Positions 14,195 to 29,350 of a stretch of DNA of 64,000 nucleotides are shown in pieces. The first letter of the stretch is position 1; every line of letters starts with the position of its first letter. Source of the DNA: Paraspadella gotoi (lineage: Eukaryota; Animalia; Chaetognatha); contig CM119264.1 of assembly GCA_051294375.1 (NCBI GenBank), forward strand, positions 24,789,842 to 24,853,841, written 5' to 3'. The notes under the pieces were generated by a model, which worked only from the letters and a program-made list of their open reading frames with translations, did not search any database and was not told the DNA's origin. Position numbers and translations under genes: made by a program.

Positions 14195-16546
14195 TCTTCT
14201 CTCTTAGCTGGTAATCAAAGCCTGCAATCATTGTCTTTCTATTTCGCGTCATCGTCTTCTTTCTAGGGGATCATGGTGTCCAACATCGTGGATGGTGCTT
14301 CGTCGTCGTCGTCGTCGTTCGTCGTCGTCGTCGTCGTCCGTCGTCGTCCCCTCGTCGTCGTTGTCTCCCTCTCTTTTTCGTGTTCTTTTCAATGGTAAAA
14401 ACATAAATCGTCCCAGCCTCTGATGGAAAAATATTTCAACTTTAATTCATCTCTTCTCTGTCTCTCTGTCTCTGTCTCTGTCTTTCTCTCATCTCATGAT
14501 CTCTCTCTCAGCTCTCTCTTCTCTTCTTTCTCTCTCTCTCATCTCTCTCGTCTCCGTCTCTTCTCTCTCTCTTCTTCGTCCTCTCCTCTCTCTCTCTCTG
14601 CTTGATTAAAACAAATTATCTATCTTCTCTTTCCAAACTTCTTCCCTCTTTTTCGGTCTCCTTTTTTCGTTTCCAAAAAACAAATTCGTTTTCGTCATTC
14701 GATTATCGGAGAGATAAGTTGGTAGTCTTGATTCACCCCAATCAACTCACGGCTCACATCATCTCAACTGATTCACGCACCCCCTGCACAATCTGTCTCG
14801 ATTCACACCAAACGCAACAACTCACAATCTTACATCTCACTGTACAGTTGTTTACTTCTGTCTGATTTACCGCACTGCATCCAGTCACAACCGCCCATTA
14901 TACACGAACCGCCCACCTTCATCAAGACATACCTATCCAACTTCTCTCCTCTTAACTCACCCCGCTCATTCCTTCACCCTTGGTTCACATTCCCTTCATC
15001 CCGCCATGCATTATTTTCCTTTAGTTCAATTTCAGGTTTAGTTTCACTGTTCCATCTTATAAATTCTTTTTCTCACCCCACTCCCTCACTCTTCAGAGCC
15101 CCACTGTCATAAGAGTTCGCTAGTCCATATTTCCTTACCTGAAAGATCTTTCTCTCCAACACTTCACCTTAACTCCACTTCCATGTCTCGCTCGTCCGCT
15201 CCCCATGTCTCGAAGGTCCCCAATAAAATGTCTTCCTCGTACCCTTCCATGTCTCGCTCATGCCCTTACATATTTTTCTTCGTCCCTCCCATTCTTCCTC
15301 GCCCCATTCCATTATCTCGTTGTCCCCCTCCAGGGTCTTCTCTCCCATTCTCATGTCTCGTTGTCCTTTCATGTCCCTTCTTTCTCCGCTTTTCCATGTT
15401 CACTCTTCCACTTCCCCGAAGAAATTCAAGAGGATACCACGAGAAAATGCCAGTTCTAAACAAAACAGGGGCGGCGCTGACGACGGACGAACGCACGAAC
15501 GACGACCGACGACGACGACGACGACGACGACGAACGCGGCCGCCGCCGCCCGCCGCCGCCCGCGAGAATCCGTGTTTGCTGACAAAACAACCGAGACTCC
15601 AGTGTTTTCGATATCGTCGTTGGGGAAATGGAGGACTGAAGGGAAGGGAGGAGAGGAAGGATGGATGGGGACTGGTAATTGCTGATGGGGGATGGGATGG
15701 GGACTGGGATGGGATGGGGGGATGGGAATGGGGACTGGGAGGAGGATGGGATGGGATAGGGACTGGAAAAGAGGAGGGAATGGACGAGGACTGGGAAGGG
15801 AGGAGGAAAGGACGGGAATTGAGAGAGGGAGGAGGGGATGGGAAGGGGACTGGGAAAAGAGGAGTGGAAGATGGGATGGGGACTGGCGAAGCAGATGGGT
15901 TTATGATGGGAAAGTGGAAGCGGGGAATGGGACGGAATAGGGAATATGGATAGGGAGAAATAACGTGTGGAGCAGAGAGAGTGGGAGGTAAATAGAGATT
16001 TATATTAATAATAGAGGCGCAAAAAAGGTAATATCTTGAGAACAAGTTCACCAAAAAACATAATTAAATAAAATATTAAAGATGAATTAATTGGCAGATT
16101 AAAGAATGGAAAAATTCAAAGCGACAATGTAATTTACTAAAGCGTCGGGATTGGAGGAGACAAAATCGTGAACGAAAAAAAAAACATTCAGAGTGGTTAC
16201 TAAATCTTATCAATATTATAGTAGTAATTGTGACTAAGCTTGCTTCGTCATAACTTGTTTGAGATAAGATAAAAAGGGATCATGTACGAATGATCCTAAG
16301 GATAAATTCATTAAAAAATTCATTTGAATTCTTAAAATTTTTTTTTATATGAAAATGAAAAAAAGTGAAACATTTTTTTGTCGTTTCTTTCTCCCCAGGT
16401 TTTGTCAGGGTCGGAGTCAATAATGAAAAAATTTCTTCCGTTATTTTATCTCAAAAGTAAAAGCGAGAAGAGAGAAGAGAGAGAGAGAGAAGGAGAAGAG
16501 AAGAGAAAGAGAGAGAAGAGAGAGAAGAGAGAGAGAGAAGAGAGAA

Positions 16547-16585
<39 letters not shown>

Positions 16586-16942
16586 GGAGAGAGAGCGGAA
16601 AGCGCTTTTCATATTTGTGGATCTTCACAAAATTCTGGTCAAGCAAAAAAAAATCCGAAACTTAATTCAAATGTAAAGAAAAAGAGTTTCCCTCCAGCGA
16701 AGAGGATGGCGAAGGCGTCCATCATATTTTAAAGTAAATCGTTCTTTATTTAATAAAAATTGAAAAAGAGATTTGGAAGAATTAATTAAGAATCAAAAGA
16801 TTGAATTATCTTGATTCGGGACTNNNNNNNNNNNNNNNNNNNNNNNNNCTCTCTTACGCTGGTAATCAAAGCCTCATCATTGTCTTTCTTTTCGCGTCAT
16901 CGTCTTCTCAGCGGGATCATGGTGTCAACATCGTGATGGTCT

Positions 16943-16976
<34 letters not shown>

Positions 16977-17266
16977 NNNNNNNNNNNNNNNNNNNNNNNN
17001 NNNNNNNNNNNNNNNNNNNNNNNNNNNNNNNNNNNNNNNNNNNNNNNNNNNNNNNNNNNNNNNNNNNNNNNNNNNNNNNNNNNNNNNNNNNNNNNNNNNN
17101 NNNNNNNNNNNNNNNNNNNNNNNNNNNNNNNNNNNNNNNNNNNNNNNNNNNNNNNNNNNNNNNNNNNNNNNNNNNNNNNNNNNNNNNNNNNNNNNNNNNN
17201 NNNNNNNNNNNNNNNNNNNNNNNNNNNNNNNNNNNNNNNNNNNNNNNNNNNNNNNNNNNNNNNNNN

Positions 17267-17302
<36 letters not shown>

Positions 17303-18933
17303 TAAAACAAATTATCTATCTTCTCTTTCCAACTTCTTCCCTCTTTTTCGTCTCCTTTTTTCGTTTCCAAAAACAAATTCCGTTTTCGTCATTCGATTAC
17401 GAAGATAAGTGGAGTCTGATTCACCCAAATCAACTCACGGCCTCACATCCTCTCACTGATTCACGCACCCACCCTCACATCTGTCTGATTCACCAAACCA
17501 ACAACTCACAATCTTACATCCTCACTGTACAGTTTTTACTTCTGTCTGATTTACCACTCATCCAGTCACAACCGCCCATTCTCACGAACCCACCTTCATC
17601 AAGAACATACCTACCAACTTCTCTCCTCTAACTCACCCGCTCTCCTTCTACCCTTGGTTCACATCTCCCTTCATCCCGCCATGCATTATTTTCCTTTAGT
17701 TCAATTCAGTTTAGTTTCACTGTTCCATCCTTATAAATCTTTTTCTCACCCCACGTCCCCTCAACTCTTCAGAACTTCATAAGAGTTCCAATCCAATATT
17801 TCCTTACCTGAAAGATCTTTCTCTCAACACTTCACCTTAACTCCACTTCCATGTCTCGCTCGTCCCCTCCCATGTCTCGAAGGTCCCAATAAATGTCTTC
17901 CTCGTACCCTTCCATGTCTCGCTCATGCCCTTACATATTTTCTTCGTCCCCTCCCATGTCTTCCTCGCCCCATTCCATATCTCGTTGTCCCCTCCAGGTC
18001 TTCCTCTCCCCATTCCATGTCTCGTTGTCCCTTTCCATGTCTTCTTTCTCCCCTTCCATGTCTCCCTCTTACACTTCCCCGAAGAAATTCAAGAGGAACC
18101 AGAGAAATCCAGTTTAAAAAAAACGGCGGCCGATGGGGACTGGGAAGGGAGATGGGATGGGATAAGGGGACTGGGAAGAGAGGAGGGAATGGGACGGGGA
18201 CCTGGGAAGGGAGAGGGGATGGATAAGATGGGGAAATGGAAAGGGGAGAAAGGAAATGGACGGGGATTGAGAAGGGAGGGACGAGGGATGGGATGNNNNN
18301 NNNNNNNNNNNNNNNNNNNNGGGACTGGGAAAAGAGGAAGTGGAGATGGGATGGGGACTGGGAAGCAGATGGGTTAGGATGGGAAGTGGAAGCGGGGGAA
18401 TGGGACGGAATAGGGAATATGGATAGAGGAGAAATAGTGTGGAGCAGAGAGAGTGGAGTAAATAGAGATTTAATTAATAAAAGAGGCGCAAAAAAGGTAA
18501 GTATTGAGAACAAAGTTTCACAAAAAAACCATAATTAAAATAAAAAAATATTAAAGAATAGAATTAAATGGCAACGAATAAAGAATGGAAATTCAAAGCA
18601 AAAATGTAATTTACTAAAAAGCGTCGGGATTGGAGAGAGACAAAATCGTGAACGAAAAAAAAACATTCAGAGTGTTACTAATCTTATCAATTTATAGTAG
18701 TAATTGTGACTAAGCTTCTTCGTCATAACTTGTTTGAATAAGATAAAAAAGGGATCATGTACGAATGATCTAAGATAAATATCATTTAAAAATTCCATTT
18801 GAATTCTTAAAATTTTTTATATGAAATGAAAAAAAGTGAAACATTTTTTTGTCGTTTCTTTCTCCCCAGGGTTTTGTCAAGGGTCGGAGTCAATATGAAA
18901 AAATCCAATTTTTTATCTCAAAAGTAAAAAGGC

Positions 18934-19028
<95 letters not shown>

Positions 19029-19258
19029 GGAAAGCCGAGAGAAAGCGCTTTTCAATATTTGTGGATCTCACGAAAATTCTGTCAAGAAAAAAAAATCGAA
19101 ACTTAATTCAAATGTAAAGAAAAAGAGTTTCCTTCCACCGAAGAGGGATGGCGGAGGCGTCATCAATATTTAAGCTAAATCGTTTTATTTAATAAAAATA
19201 TGAAAAAGAGATTTGGAAGAATTAATAAGAATCAAAAAGATTGAATTTGATTCGGACT
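14195..19258 (+). repeat. ~2.6-kb tandem duplication (14195-16823 vs 16849-19258) across a 25-N gap; probable gap-overfill artefact
   Basis: Both copies start ctctta(c)gctggtaatcaaagcc and end gattcgg(g)act. ORFs MSSSYPSMSRSCPYIF and MSFLSPQ appear in both copies. Confidence 0.85.
15180..15950. repeat. Adjacent C/T-rich (CCATGTCTCG-type) and G/A-rich (GGGATGGGGACTGGGA-type) degenerate minisatellites
   Basis: ccatgtctcg repeated at 15180-15420 and gggatggggactggga repeated at 15620-15950. A second copy lies at 17850-18420. Confidence 0.7.
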
Positions 19259-21419
19259 CAACATCCGGGGAGAAAGAATTCAATCGTTTGTTCGTCGAAG
19301 GCGAAATTCGCAATTTGTTTGCGGGTCATCGATGTCAAATCTCGTGGCAATCTGACACGGTACGGCGGTCATTTGCCGAGTCGCACTTACCATCGAAATT
19401 TATATCAAATGTCGGAAAAATAAAATTTAGAAGTATCGTTTTTTTTTTATTCTTTGTTTTGAAAAAAAATTTTTTTCCTTCTAAATTTTTGACTCATTTT
19501 ACATATAATTATCTTCCTTTCTTTCTTTTTTTTCTTTTTTTCTTTCCTTTCTTCTTTCTTTCTTTCTTTCTTTCTTTATTTTTTTCTCTTTCTTTTCTTC
19601 TTTCTTTCTTTCTCATTCAATAATCGTCACAAATTTTCTCGATTAACTAAAAACCCGATAATCGAAGAATCGCGATGCGGAATAATTTGATTTTCATTGC
19701 ATCGACGAATTTCCTCTCTCTGCTCATCGTCGTCTCTCCTCATCATCTCTCTCTCTATGCTTTCTCTCCTCATTCGTTTGTGACCTATCGTCGCTGCATC
19801 TCGGCATCTCATCATATCTTCATCCTCCTCGTCTGCCGTCCTCTCGACTCGTGCGTCAATGCCTACTCAGCGTAGTAAGGGAATGGACCAGTAGCTCCAC
19901 CTGAGTGGGATAGGACGGTGTTGTACAGGCGACGGGTGGCATGAGAGACGGCCGAGGCGGTGCAAGGGAGAGATTCGGTCACGAGCAGCAGATACCTGGT
20001 TGTTCCTGTGCAATACAGCCGTTCACGCCTCTCATGAGCGGATGAATTATTGGCGTGTCTCAGCGATGGGGTGTGGGTGGTAACAGTGTGGTCTGTATCA
20101 TAGGGTCGATCGGAGATTCCGTATCCGACAGCCGGCAGAGGTGAATGCGGGTGTAAGTGGCTCGGGCATGCTGTCGAGGAGGATTACGGATGATGTGGGT
20201 ATAGGTGAGCGAGAGACACCGCCGTGGGAGCGGGCATATCGGCACGTTCTCGGGTCATGGATCGTCTCGTGCTCCAGTCTCTATGGTTGCTGTCCACAGC
20301 GGGTGATCCTGCCTGTGTGGAAGATGGAAATTTACCGTCCGCCAGAGCAGGGAATACGCGAAGATTAACATCACGTGAGAGAGAACAGGCAGTGTGGCCG
20401 ATAGGTACATCACAAAAGAAGAGGAACGACTCACGGGAAGGTGTAATGCTAATGCTAGAGATGCGGCGGTACCTGTGGGACGCGGTACAGGTATGGTTGA
20501 GAGATGCGTAGTTCGGAGTCAGTTCAGAGCTTGGCACCGATGCGGTCAAATGTAGCGGACAGGAGGCGTAGTCAGCTAGATGGAATTTGGGGTGGGTGGG
20601 CACGAACGTGGACTGTTATAGAGGACGTGGGTAGTATAACTGGAGTGGGCGTCCCTAGTTTCGCATCTTCACGTAGATAAAGCAGAACCCGGCTTGTGAG
20701 TAGGCGCGCGAGATTGCTGGACGAGGTGAACCGTCAGAGGGCTGTGAACTAGAAAGACGGCGTGTACGGGTGTACGCCATCGACGAGCGAGACCTTAGGA
20801 GCACTTAGGAGAAGGGAAGATTATGTAAGATCTAGTCCTTCCTCTCACGTCGTATTGAGGATGGGCCTTGTGGCCTGTTTAAACAATGACCGGCATTCGT
20901 CTGGGTATGATTATTTTGGCGGAGGGATTGAGGATGTTGAGTCAGTAATATACGCGAGCCCGATTGGGCGGCGTGTAAGTGTCAGAAAATGGAACCTGCG
21001 AGTATAGGAATACGTGGATCAAGAAAGACTATTATGTTCATTTTTACAAATAAACGAATTTGAAATATCTGAATGACAGTGCGATACGCCGTTAGATCGC
21101 ATAGTTAATAAAGAAATGGTCGGTGGGCTTGGAGGTGTTGGGAATATAAAAAGAGCAGCGAGATGGAAAAGTGAGAGATGCGCTGGAAAGGGGAAGGAAG
21201 CGAGATTAAAGTGTGGAGGGAGGAACGGCGAAGTATAAAATCGAGAAAGGTAGAGAAGCGAGAAGAAAGTGACAGAGGAACCGAACGTGAAAAGAGAAGA
21301 AAAATTAGAGACAAGTCTATAAAGGACTTAGAGAGATAGAGATGAATCGAAGACAACACGGTGAAATAGAAATGAAAGAGGAAGAGAAGAAAGGAAAGAG
21401 AGAGTTAAGGGGAATATCA

Positions 21420-23137
21420 TGATGAGTGAAGATAAATAATAGGAAAGTTTTTTATCTGGCGATGGGAATAATAAGAAAACAAACGGAAAGATAAGTTTTT
21501 TGATCCGTGGAAAGAGGATTGAGGAAAGAGAGAGAAAAAGGGGGAGAAGGAGGAGGAAAGAGAGAGAGGAGAAAGGAGGAAAGACGAGGAGAGGAGAGAG
21601 GAGGAGGCGAGGAGAAGAAGAGAGAGGAAAGAGGGGAGAGGAGGAAGGAAAGTGTAGGAGAAGAACGGGAAGGAGAAGCTGGTGAAGCGAAGAGTGAACC
21701 GGGGAAGGAAGTAATGCAAGAGAGGACGAGAGAAGTGACAGAGGGAGATGAGGGAGCTAGGAAGGAAGATGAAGCGAGGGAGGGAGGAGGAGGAGAACCG
21801 TTTGAGGTCGGGGGCGGACAAATATTTTTGATTTATCACGCCCAAGGAAAGATTCACATCTGGCCCTAAAGGCAAAAAAAAAGAAAAAAAGACGAAAAGG
21901 AGAAAGAAAGAGGCCAGAGAAAATTGTTTGGGGAAAAGAAAGAAATTGTGATAAGGGTTTTCTAGTAGACACTCACGAAAAGGAGAAGAGGAAACAATTT
22001 GGCAAAGAGAAGTGAGGGGAAGGATCTAAATAGGCAAAGAGTAGAAAAAAGGAAAATAGAAAATAGAAAAAGAAGAGATGCGAAAAAAAGAAAACCGCAA
22101 AAGTAAAATAAGAAAGAAGAAAATAGAATAATAGAAGAAATAAATAAAGAAATAAAGAAAAAGATAAAGTGAGAAGAAAGAGAAAGAAATAAAAAGAAAG
22201 GAGAGAAAGAAAGAAAGAAAGAAATTAAAAAAAAAGAGAAAGAAAAGAAAGAGAGAAGAAAGAGAGAAAGAGAAGAAAGTTATCGGCAATCGAAGCGTTT
22301 TTCGCTCTCGAAATATCTTTCTTCTGTTCGTCTTCACAATTTTCTGAGATTTGTGTAATTTGTTTTCAGAACCCTCACACCGAATTCGGGGTCAATATCG
22401 CGCCTCCACTCACTTGAGTTTAAGGTCATTGCCCTCAACGCACGCTGGAGCAATTAGGGTCGCATAGGAGAAGAGAGTATTTCTTTGCTTGTTTCTCTCT
22501 GCTTCTCTCTCTCTCTGCTCTCTCTCTCATCTCTCTCTCTGTCTTCTATCTCGCGTCTCTTGCGATTCTCGCAATCTCATCTCTCGTCTCGTACTCTCTC
22601 TGCGCAATAAAATCTCGGTGCACGTTGTTGCAATATTGCGAGAGTCGATTATTATTTTTATTAGTAACCAAAAACAAAGAGAAGTAACCACGTGAATCGG
22701 GTAGTCGGAGCGGCGATGTGCTACGACAGCAAGCGGGATCAAAGGGAACAAAAACACAAAAAGAGAGTCTACTATAAACAATGATAAGCTTTGTGAGACA
22801 AATTATTAAACAATGTTGTCAAAATAGGCTACATGGCGACAAGCAACGACTCCAACCCGCAAACCATGGTGCAACGCACTGACAACCAGATGGATTAGAA
22901 AATTCGTCATCCACGGCGGGTCGTACGACGACGGACGACGAACGACGAAAATCGAACGTAGACGACGACCGGTGAACGACTTTCAACAGCGCAAAATTCA
23001 CTGTGTGAACGAATTTGTGCTTGCGAGTGAAAATTTGACAAAAAAAATATTATCGCGGAAGGGAAAAATTATACGAGAAAGAAGAAAGGAATTTTTCTTA
23101 ACTTATTCGTCGGAGAAGACGAGAAGAGAGAGAGAGA

Positions 23138-23189
<52 letters not shown>

Positions 23190-24843
23190 AGAGAGGAGAT
23201 AGTTACGGCGGGCCATATCCTTAGCGCAGTTTTTAAACTGGTTAAAAGCTTCGCAGCAGGTTTCGGGGAGTATCACCGCCACATGACGCCCTGCGGTGGG
23301 CTTCGGCGCGGGGATCTAATTCCCGGCAATATCCGCACCGGCCCGCAATTCTTGACGGGGACGTAGAAATGCCCCCCCGCAATCTGGCTCTCTCTCTCGT
23401 TCTCGTAGTCTCTCTCTCTCTGCCTCGATCTCTCTCTGCTCTCTTCAATTCAAGCGTTTCTTTGTTTTTCTGGGCTTGCAGAGGTATCGCATGGCGATAA
23501 ACAATGGAGGGTCACAGATTGAAAATTATGTTTTTTGCTCAACTTTGGTGATAATTTTTTAATCACTAGCAGGAAATAATTAAAGACAGAAAAAGTAAGA
23601 ACCAAAAAATACAAAAAAAGAAAATATGATGAAATATTTTAACAAAAAATTTTTAATAAGAAATTAAGAAAAGAAAGAAAGAAAGGAGAGAAAAAAAATA
23701 TACAAGCATCAAAGTTCTCAATTTTTAAGGGAAAAGAGGTTTTATTGTTTTTAACGAAATCATGAAACTTTTAACTTTTAAATTTCACTGATGGCTTAAA
23801 ACAAACAAGTTTTGACAAACAATGATTAATTAATCAATCAACATCCTATTATCTTCATTTTTCGTTGCCAAAATACAACAAAACATTTTTTTTTTGGTAG
23901 TGGTTAACTGGTCTAGTCCACGTTGAACAAAAAGACCTAGGTCAAAATAAAAAAGTTTGTAAAAAATAATTAATTTATTAAAGTAATATAATATGTAAGA
24001 AAACTAATTATCATTGTTTAACAGTACATTAATTATTAATTATCCGCTGAATAGATCGTCAGCAGATGCCAGCTGCATTGGTTGCTTCATTTTTATGCCG
24101 TAGTAAAACTGGAAAAACTCTTACGCCTGAATTGAGAAAGCCAAGAACAAGAATTTTTTTCATAAATGCCAATAGTAAAAAGATATAAAAGTTAATGAGT
24201 AATAATTAGAGTGGATTTTTGTTATATATGATATTTATATATATTTTAATTTTTTTTATCTTTTTTTTTTTAAGTTTAAAATTAATGCATATTAAAATTA
24301 GACCGATAAAATTTTGATTGGGAAAGTTAAAAAAGAAGAAAAAAAAAGAAACGTAAAAAAAATAAAAATAGAAGGGAGAGAAGTACAGAGATAGTGAAGA
24401 GAAAGAGAAAGAGAAGGAGTCTGTACTGAGGAAAAACCAAAGAGTAAGTGAGAAAAAAAGAAGGAGAAGAGAGTAGAGAGGGAGAGAAGGAAGAAAGAGG
24501 GTAAAAGTGAGAGGAGAGACGGGGAAGGAGAAGAATGATGTAGAGAGGAGAGAGAGTGGGACGGAGTTGTGGATAGGTTCCGCGACGGGGGATTGTTTGG
24601 CGCTAAAGGGATATCGCAGCGGGATCGGACTGTGCAATCTACGATCAGCCTTCAAGGAAATCGTGGCGGGGAAGTTCCGCTGTAGTGGTTAAAAAAATGA
24701 ACAGTTGCGAGAACAGGTAGGGCAGTGTGCAGCGAGAACTGTCCGCCGGTATTATTGCCAGTTCGAACTGAGTGGTCCGACTATTTTTGAGCGCCGTGTT
24801 CAATACCTTGGAGGAGGAGAGAGAGAGAAGAGAGGAGAGGAGA

Positions 24844-24886
<43 letters not shown>

Positions 24887-26059
24887 CAGGAGGAGAGAGG
24901 AATATATTTCACGTGGGCTTTGAATGTTTATGGCGTGAATCGGCCAAGATTTGCTTTTTTATAAGAATAAAGTTCATGCTTTTTAAACTGATTTTCTTAT
25001 CGATTTGTCGTGGTTTGAAAGAAAAGCTTAGATTGATTCGACCACTGAAATAATAAGTTATTTTTCCCACTTTGCCAATATTTTAACTGTGCATTCTTTG
25101 AATACTCAGATTTTTCTTCATTTTTACATTTAGGATAGGAACACAGAGATTGTTTGCATGCCATGTTTCTATTTGTTCTTTCCCTATTTTCCTAAGTTGG
25201 TTCCTGTTGTCGCATCTTTGTCTTTATATCTTTCTTTTTCGCCATCATTACTGTCTTGTTTTCGCCCAACATCGTTCCAGTTGTATTCACTACCGTCCGT
25301 ATGCCACCTCACCGTGCAAGTGTGCATATTCCCGTTCCTCCGCTTCCCATGACCTCCCGCGCGCTGGATCGATCCGATCGCATTCTACTGCAAGGGATTT
25401 ATAATTCGCCTCAAATGCGAAAGTTCATTCGCCATCGGAATAATAAAATCATATACGGCACGCTAGAATTATCTACTTTTAACAACATTTCGTCTCACTC
25501 ATACTATGCGGGACTCAGTTCCCGAAATTCGTAACGCATTGATCCGTTAATTACAAGTTACAACCGAACACTAATGAGTGTTTTTCTTTTGATGTTTGTT
25601 TTGATATAGAAGAAAAAATTAATATATATAGAGGTTATATGACTGAAGCTTTATTTCATATACGAGTTTAATTCCCTATCGTTTTCGTCTTAGTTTTTGT
25701 GTTATATGGTTTATATTGAAGTGAGCGAAGCATTCTTGCGGCGCGGGTATAGGTTTTTCTCGAAGGCTCAGATGTTTGTGATGTCTTTAAATTCTCCATG
25801 CTTATTGTTTTACGTTAAGTTTTCGCTTCGGACGTGAGAGAAATTTCGTGAATCGTGGGTGAGAAAGCTGTGAAGTTTCGTTGTTTTTGTCTGCTGAGAT
25901 ATGAGGAGTTGTCGCGAGGAGGGATGGGGAGATAGGGGGAGGGAGGTGTGTGGGAACGTGAGAAGAGAGAGGAGAGAGGGAGAGTAGAGAGAGAGAGGAG
26001 AAGGAAGAGAAAGAGAAAAAAAAGAAAAAAAAAAAAAAGAGAAAAAGAAAAAATAAAGA

Positions 26060-26109
<50 letters not shown>

Positions 26110-26479
26110 AAGAAGGTGGGTGGTCCTAGTCTGACCAACGTCGAGGGAGTCATCCGAGTTATNNNNNNNNNNNNNNNNNNNNNNNNNCCGTCCTGCCGGT
26201 GAAGATTCGTCGCAGGAAAGAACAAAAAAATTCAATCACAAAGAGAATCGAATGGAATCTCTGTGACCCACAGTGGATTGAATGGCATCACAGAGAACCG
26301 TTATCATACGAATGGCTTGAAAAAAGGGACCCATTGATAGACCGATTGTTTAACAAATGGCATCGAGATTATTCAGTTAGTTTCAGTAAACGCTCTTGTA
26401 ATTCAGACCTCATGGAATCGATCAAAAACTATATTTTTACAAATAAAAATAAATAAAGTAAATAAATCTTTTAAAAAAA

Positions 26480-26529
<50 letters not shown>

Positions 26530-26544
26530 CAGAAAGAAAGACAG

Positions 26545-26575
<31 letters not shown>

Positions 26576-27917
26576 ATAGTAAATGAATTTTTTATCTCGA
26601 TGGGAAAATAAAGAAAACAAACGGAATATTTTTGATCGTGGAAGAGATTGAGGAAGAGAGAGAGAAAAGGGGGAGAAGGAGGAGGAAAGAGAGAGAGGGA
26701 GAAGGAGGAAAGAGAGAGAGGAGAGGGAGGAGGAGGAAAGAGAGAGAGGAAAGAGGGAGAAGGAGGAGGAAAGTGTAGGAGAAGACGGGGAGGAGAACTG
26801 GTGAAGCGAAGATCCGGGGAGGAAGTAATCAGAGAGGACGAAGAAGTGACAGAGGGAGTGAGGGAGTAGAAGAAATGAGGAGGAGGAGGAGGAGGAGAAC
26901 CGTTGAGGTCGGGGGCGACAATTTTTGATTTTCACGCAAGGAAAGATTCACATCTGCCTAAAGGCAAAAAAAAAAAAAAANNNNNNNNNNNNNNNNNNNN
27001 NNNNNNNNNNNNNNNNNNNNNNNNNNNNNNNNNNNNNNNNNNNNNNNNNNNNNNNNNNNNNNNNNNNNNNNNNNNNNNNNNNNNNNNNNNNNNNNNNNNN
27101 NNNNNNNNNNNNNNNNNNNNNNNNNNNNNNNNNNNNNNNNNNNNNNNNNNNNNNNNNNNNNNNNNNNNNNNNNNNNNNNNNNNNNNNNNNNNNNNNNNNN
27201 NNNNNNNNNNNNNNNNNNNNNNNNNNNNNNNNNNNNNNNNNNNNNNNNNGAAAAAAAGAAACCAAAAGAAAATAAGAAAGAAATAAATAGATAAAGAAAA
27301 AAATAAAGAAATAAAGAAAAAATAAAGAAAGAAAGAAAGAAATAAAGAAAGAAAGAAAGNNNNNNNNNNNNNNNNNNNNNNNNNNNNNNAAAGAAAGAAA
27401 GAGAGAAAGAAAGAGAGAAAGAAAGAAAGTTATCCAACGTTTTTCCTCTCGAATATCTTTCTTCTGTTTCGTCTTCACAATTTTCTTGAGATTTGTAATT
27501 TTTCGACCCTCACCCGAATTCGGGGTCATTCCCCACTCTGAGTTAAGGTCATTCCTCACCCACGCTGGAGCAATTAGGCCATTAGAGAAGAGAGTATTCT
27601 TTCTNNNNNNNNNNNNNNNNNNNNNNNNNNNNNNNNNNNNNNNNNNNNNNNNNNNNNNNNNNNNNNNNNNNNNNNNNNNNNNNNNNNNNNNNNNNNNNNN
27701 NNNNNNNNNNNNNNNNNNNNNNNNNNNNNNNNNNNNNNNNNNNNNNNNNNNNNNNNNNNNNNNNNNNNNNNNNNNNNNNNNNNNGTCTACTACAATGATA
27801 ACTTTGTGAACAATATTACACAATGTTGTCAATAGCTACATGGCGACAACAACGACTCCAACCGCAACCATTGCAACCACTGACAACCAGATGGATTAAA
27901 AATTCGTCATCCACCGG

Positions 27918-27954
<37 letters not shown>

Positions 27955-29350
27955 NNNNNNNNNNNNNNNNNNNNNNNNNNNNNNNNNNNNNNNNNNNNNN
28001 NNNNNNNNNNNNNNNNNNNNNNNNNNNNNNNNNNNNNNNNNNNNNNNNNNNNNNNNNNNNNNNNNNNNNNNNNNNNNNNNNNNNNNNNNNNNNNNNNNNN
28101 NNNNNNNNNNNNNNNNNNNNNNNNNNNNNNNNNNNNNNNNNNNNNNNNNNNNNNNNNNNNNNNNNNNNNNNNNNNNNNNNNNNNNNNNNNNNNNNNNNNN
28201 NNNNNNNNNNNNNNNNNNNNNNNNNNNNNNNNNNNNNNNNNNNNNNNNNNNNNNNNNNNNNNNNNNNNNNNNNNNNNNNNNNNNNNNNNNNNNNNNNNNN
28301 NNNNNNNNNNNNNNNNNNNNNNNNNNNNNNNNNNNNNNNNNNNNNNNNNNNNNNNNNNNNNNNNNNNNNNNNNNNNNNNNNNNNNNNNNNNNNNNNNNNN
28401 NNNNNNNNNNNNNNNNNNNNNNNNNNNNNNNNNNNNNNNNNNNNNNNNNNNNNNNNNNNNNNNNNNNNNNNNNNNNNNNNNNNNNNNNNNNNNNNNNNNN
28501 NNNNNNNNNNNNNNNNNNNNNNATGGCGTCGAATCCCCACAGATGCTTTTTTATAAAATAAAGTTCATCTTTTTAACTGATTTTCTTATCGATTTGTCGT
28601 GGTTTGAAAAAGCTTAGATTAATTCACCACTGGAATAATAATTATTTTTCACTTTCATATTTTAACTTCATTCTTTGAATCTCAGATTTTTCTTCATTTT
28701 TACTTTTATAGGAACACAGAGATTGTTTGATCCATTTGCTATTTTCCTTTTCCTATTTTCCCCTTTCCTTCTTTTCTTTATTCTTTCTTTTTCTTATTTT
28801 CTTTATGCCACATCTTCCATTTTCCTACCTCCCACCTCACCTCATTCATATTCCCTTTCCTCCCTCCCATCCTCCCGCGCGACTGACCTCCGATCCATTA
28901 CCAGGGATTTATATTCCCCAAATGCGAAATCATTCACGAATTTTTCGGCGCTAGAATCATTTACAAATACATATTTAACCAACTTCAACACATTCTCACT
29001 CTATCGACTCAGTTCCCAAATTCGTAACGCATTATCACGTTAATTACAAGTTACAACCTAATGTTTTCTTTTGATTTTTTTTGCATAGAAGAAAAATAAA
29101 TATATAAGTTATAACTGACGCTTTATTTTCATTACGATTTATTCTTCGTTTTCGTCTTATTTTGTTTATATGTTTATATTGAAAGTGACGAAGCTTCTTC
29201 GGCGCGGATGTTTTCTCGAAGCTCAGATTTTGTTGTCTTTAAATTCTCATCTTTTGTTTACGTTAAGTTTTCGCTTCGGACGTGAGAAATTTCGTGAATT
29301 GTGAAAACTGTGAAGTTTCGTTGTTTTTTCTGCTGAGATATAGAGTGTCC
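21420..29350 (+). repeat. Noisy/clean duplicated blocks: 21420-22980 ~ 26575-27954 and 24928-25905 ~ 28523-29350, with further partial copies near 33690-34020 and 34555-34697
   Basis: Shared anchors gagaaccgtt(t)gaggtcgggggcg, aggaaagattcacatctg, ccgaattcggggtca, cacgctggagcaattagg and tacgttaagttttcgcttcggacgtgaga. One copy is insertion-rich. Confidence 0.8.

Noticed and set aside
19860-21110. GC-balanced, high-complexity stretch with many short ORFs (similar at 32450-33500 and 34020-35200)
   Set aside because: No recognisable protein or RNA motif. It is embedded between noisy duplicated blocks and is most consistent with low-quality read segments.
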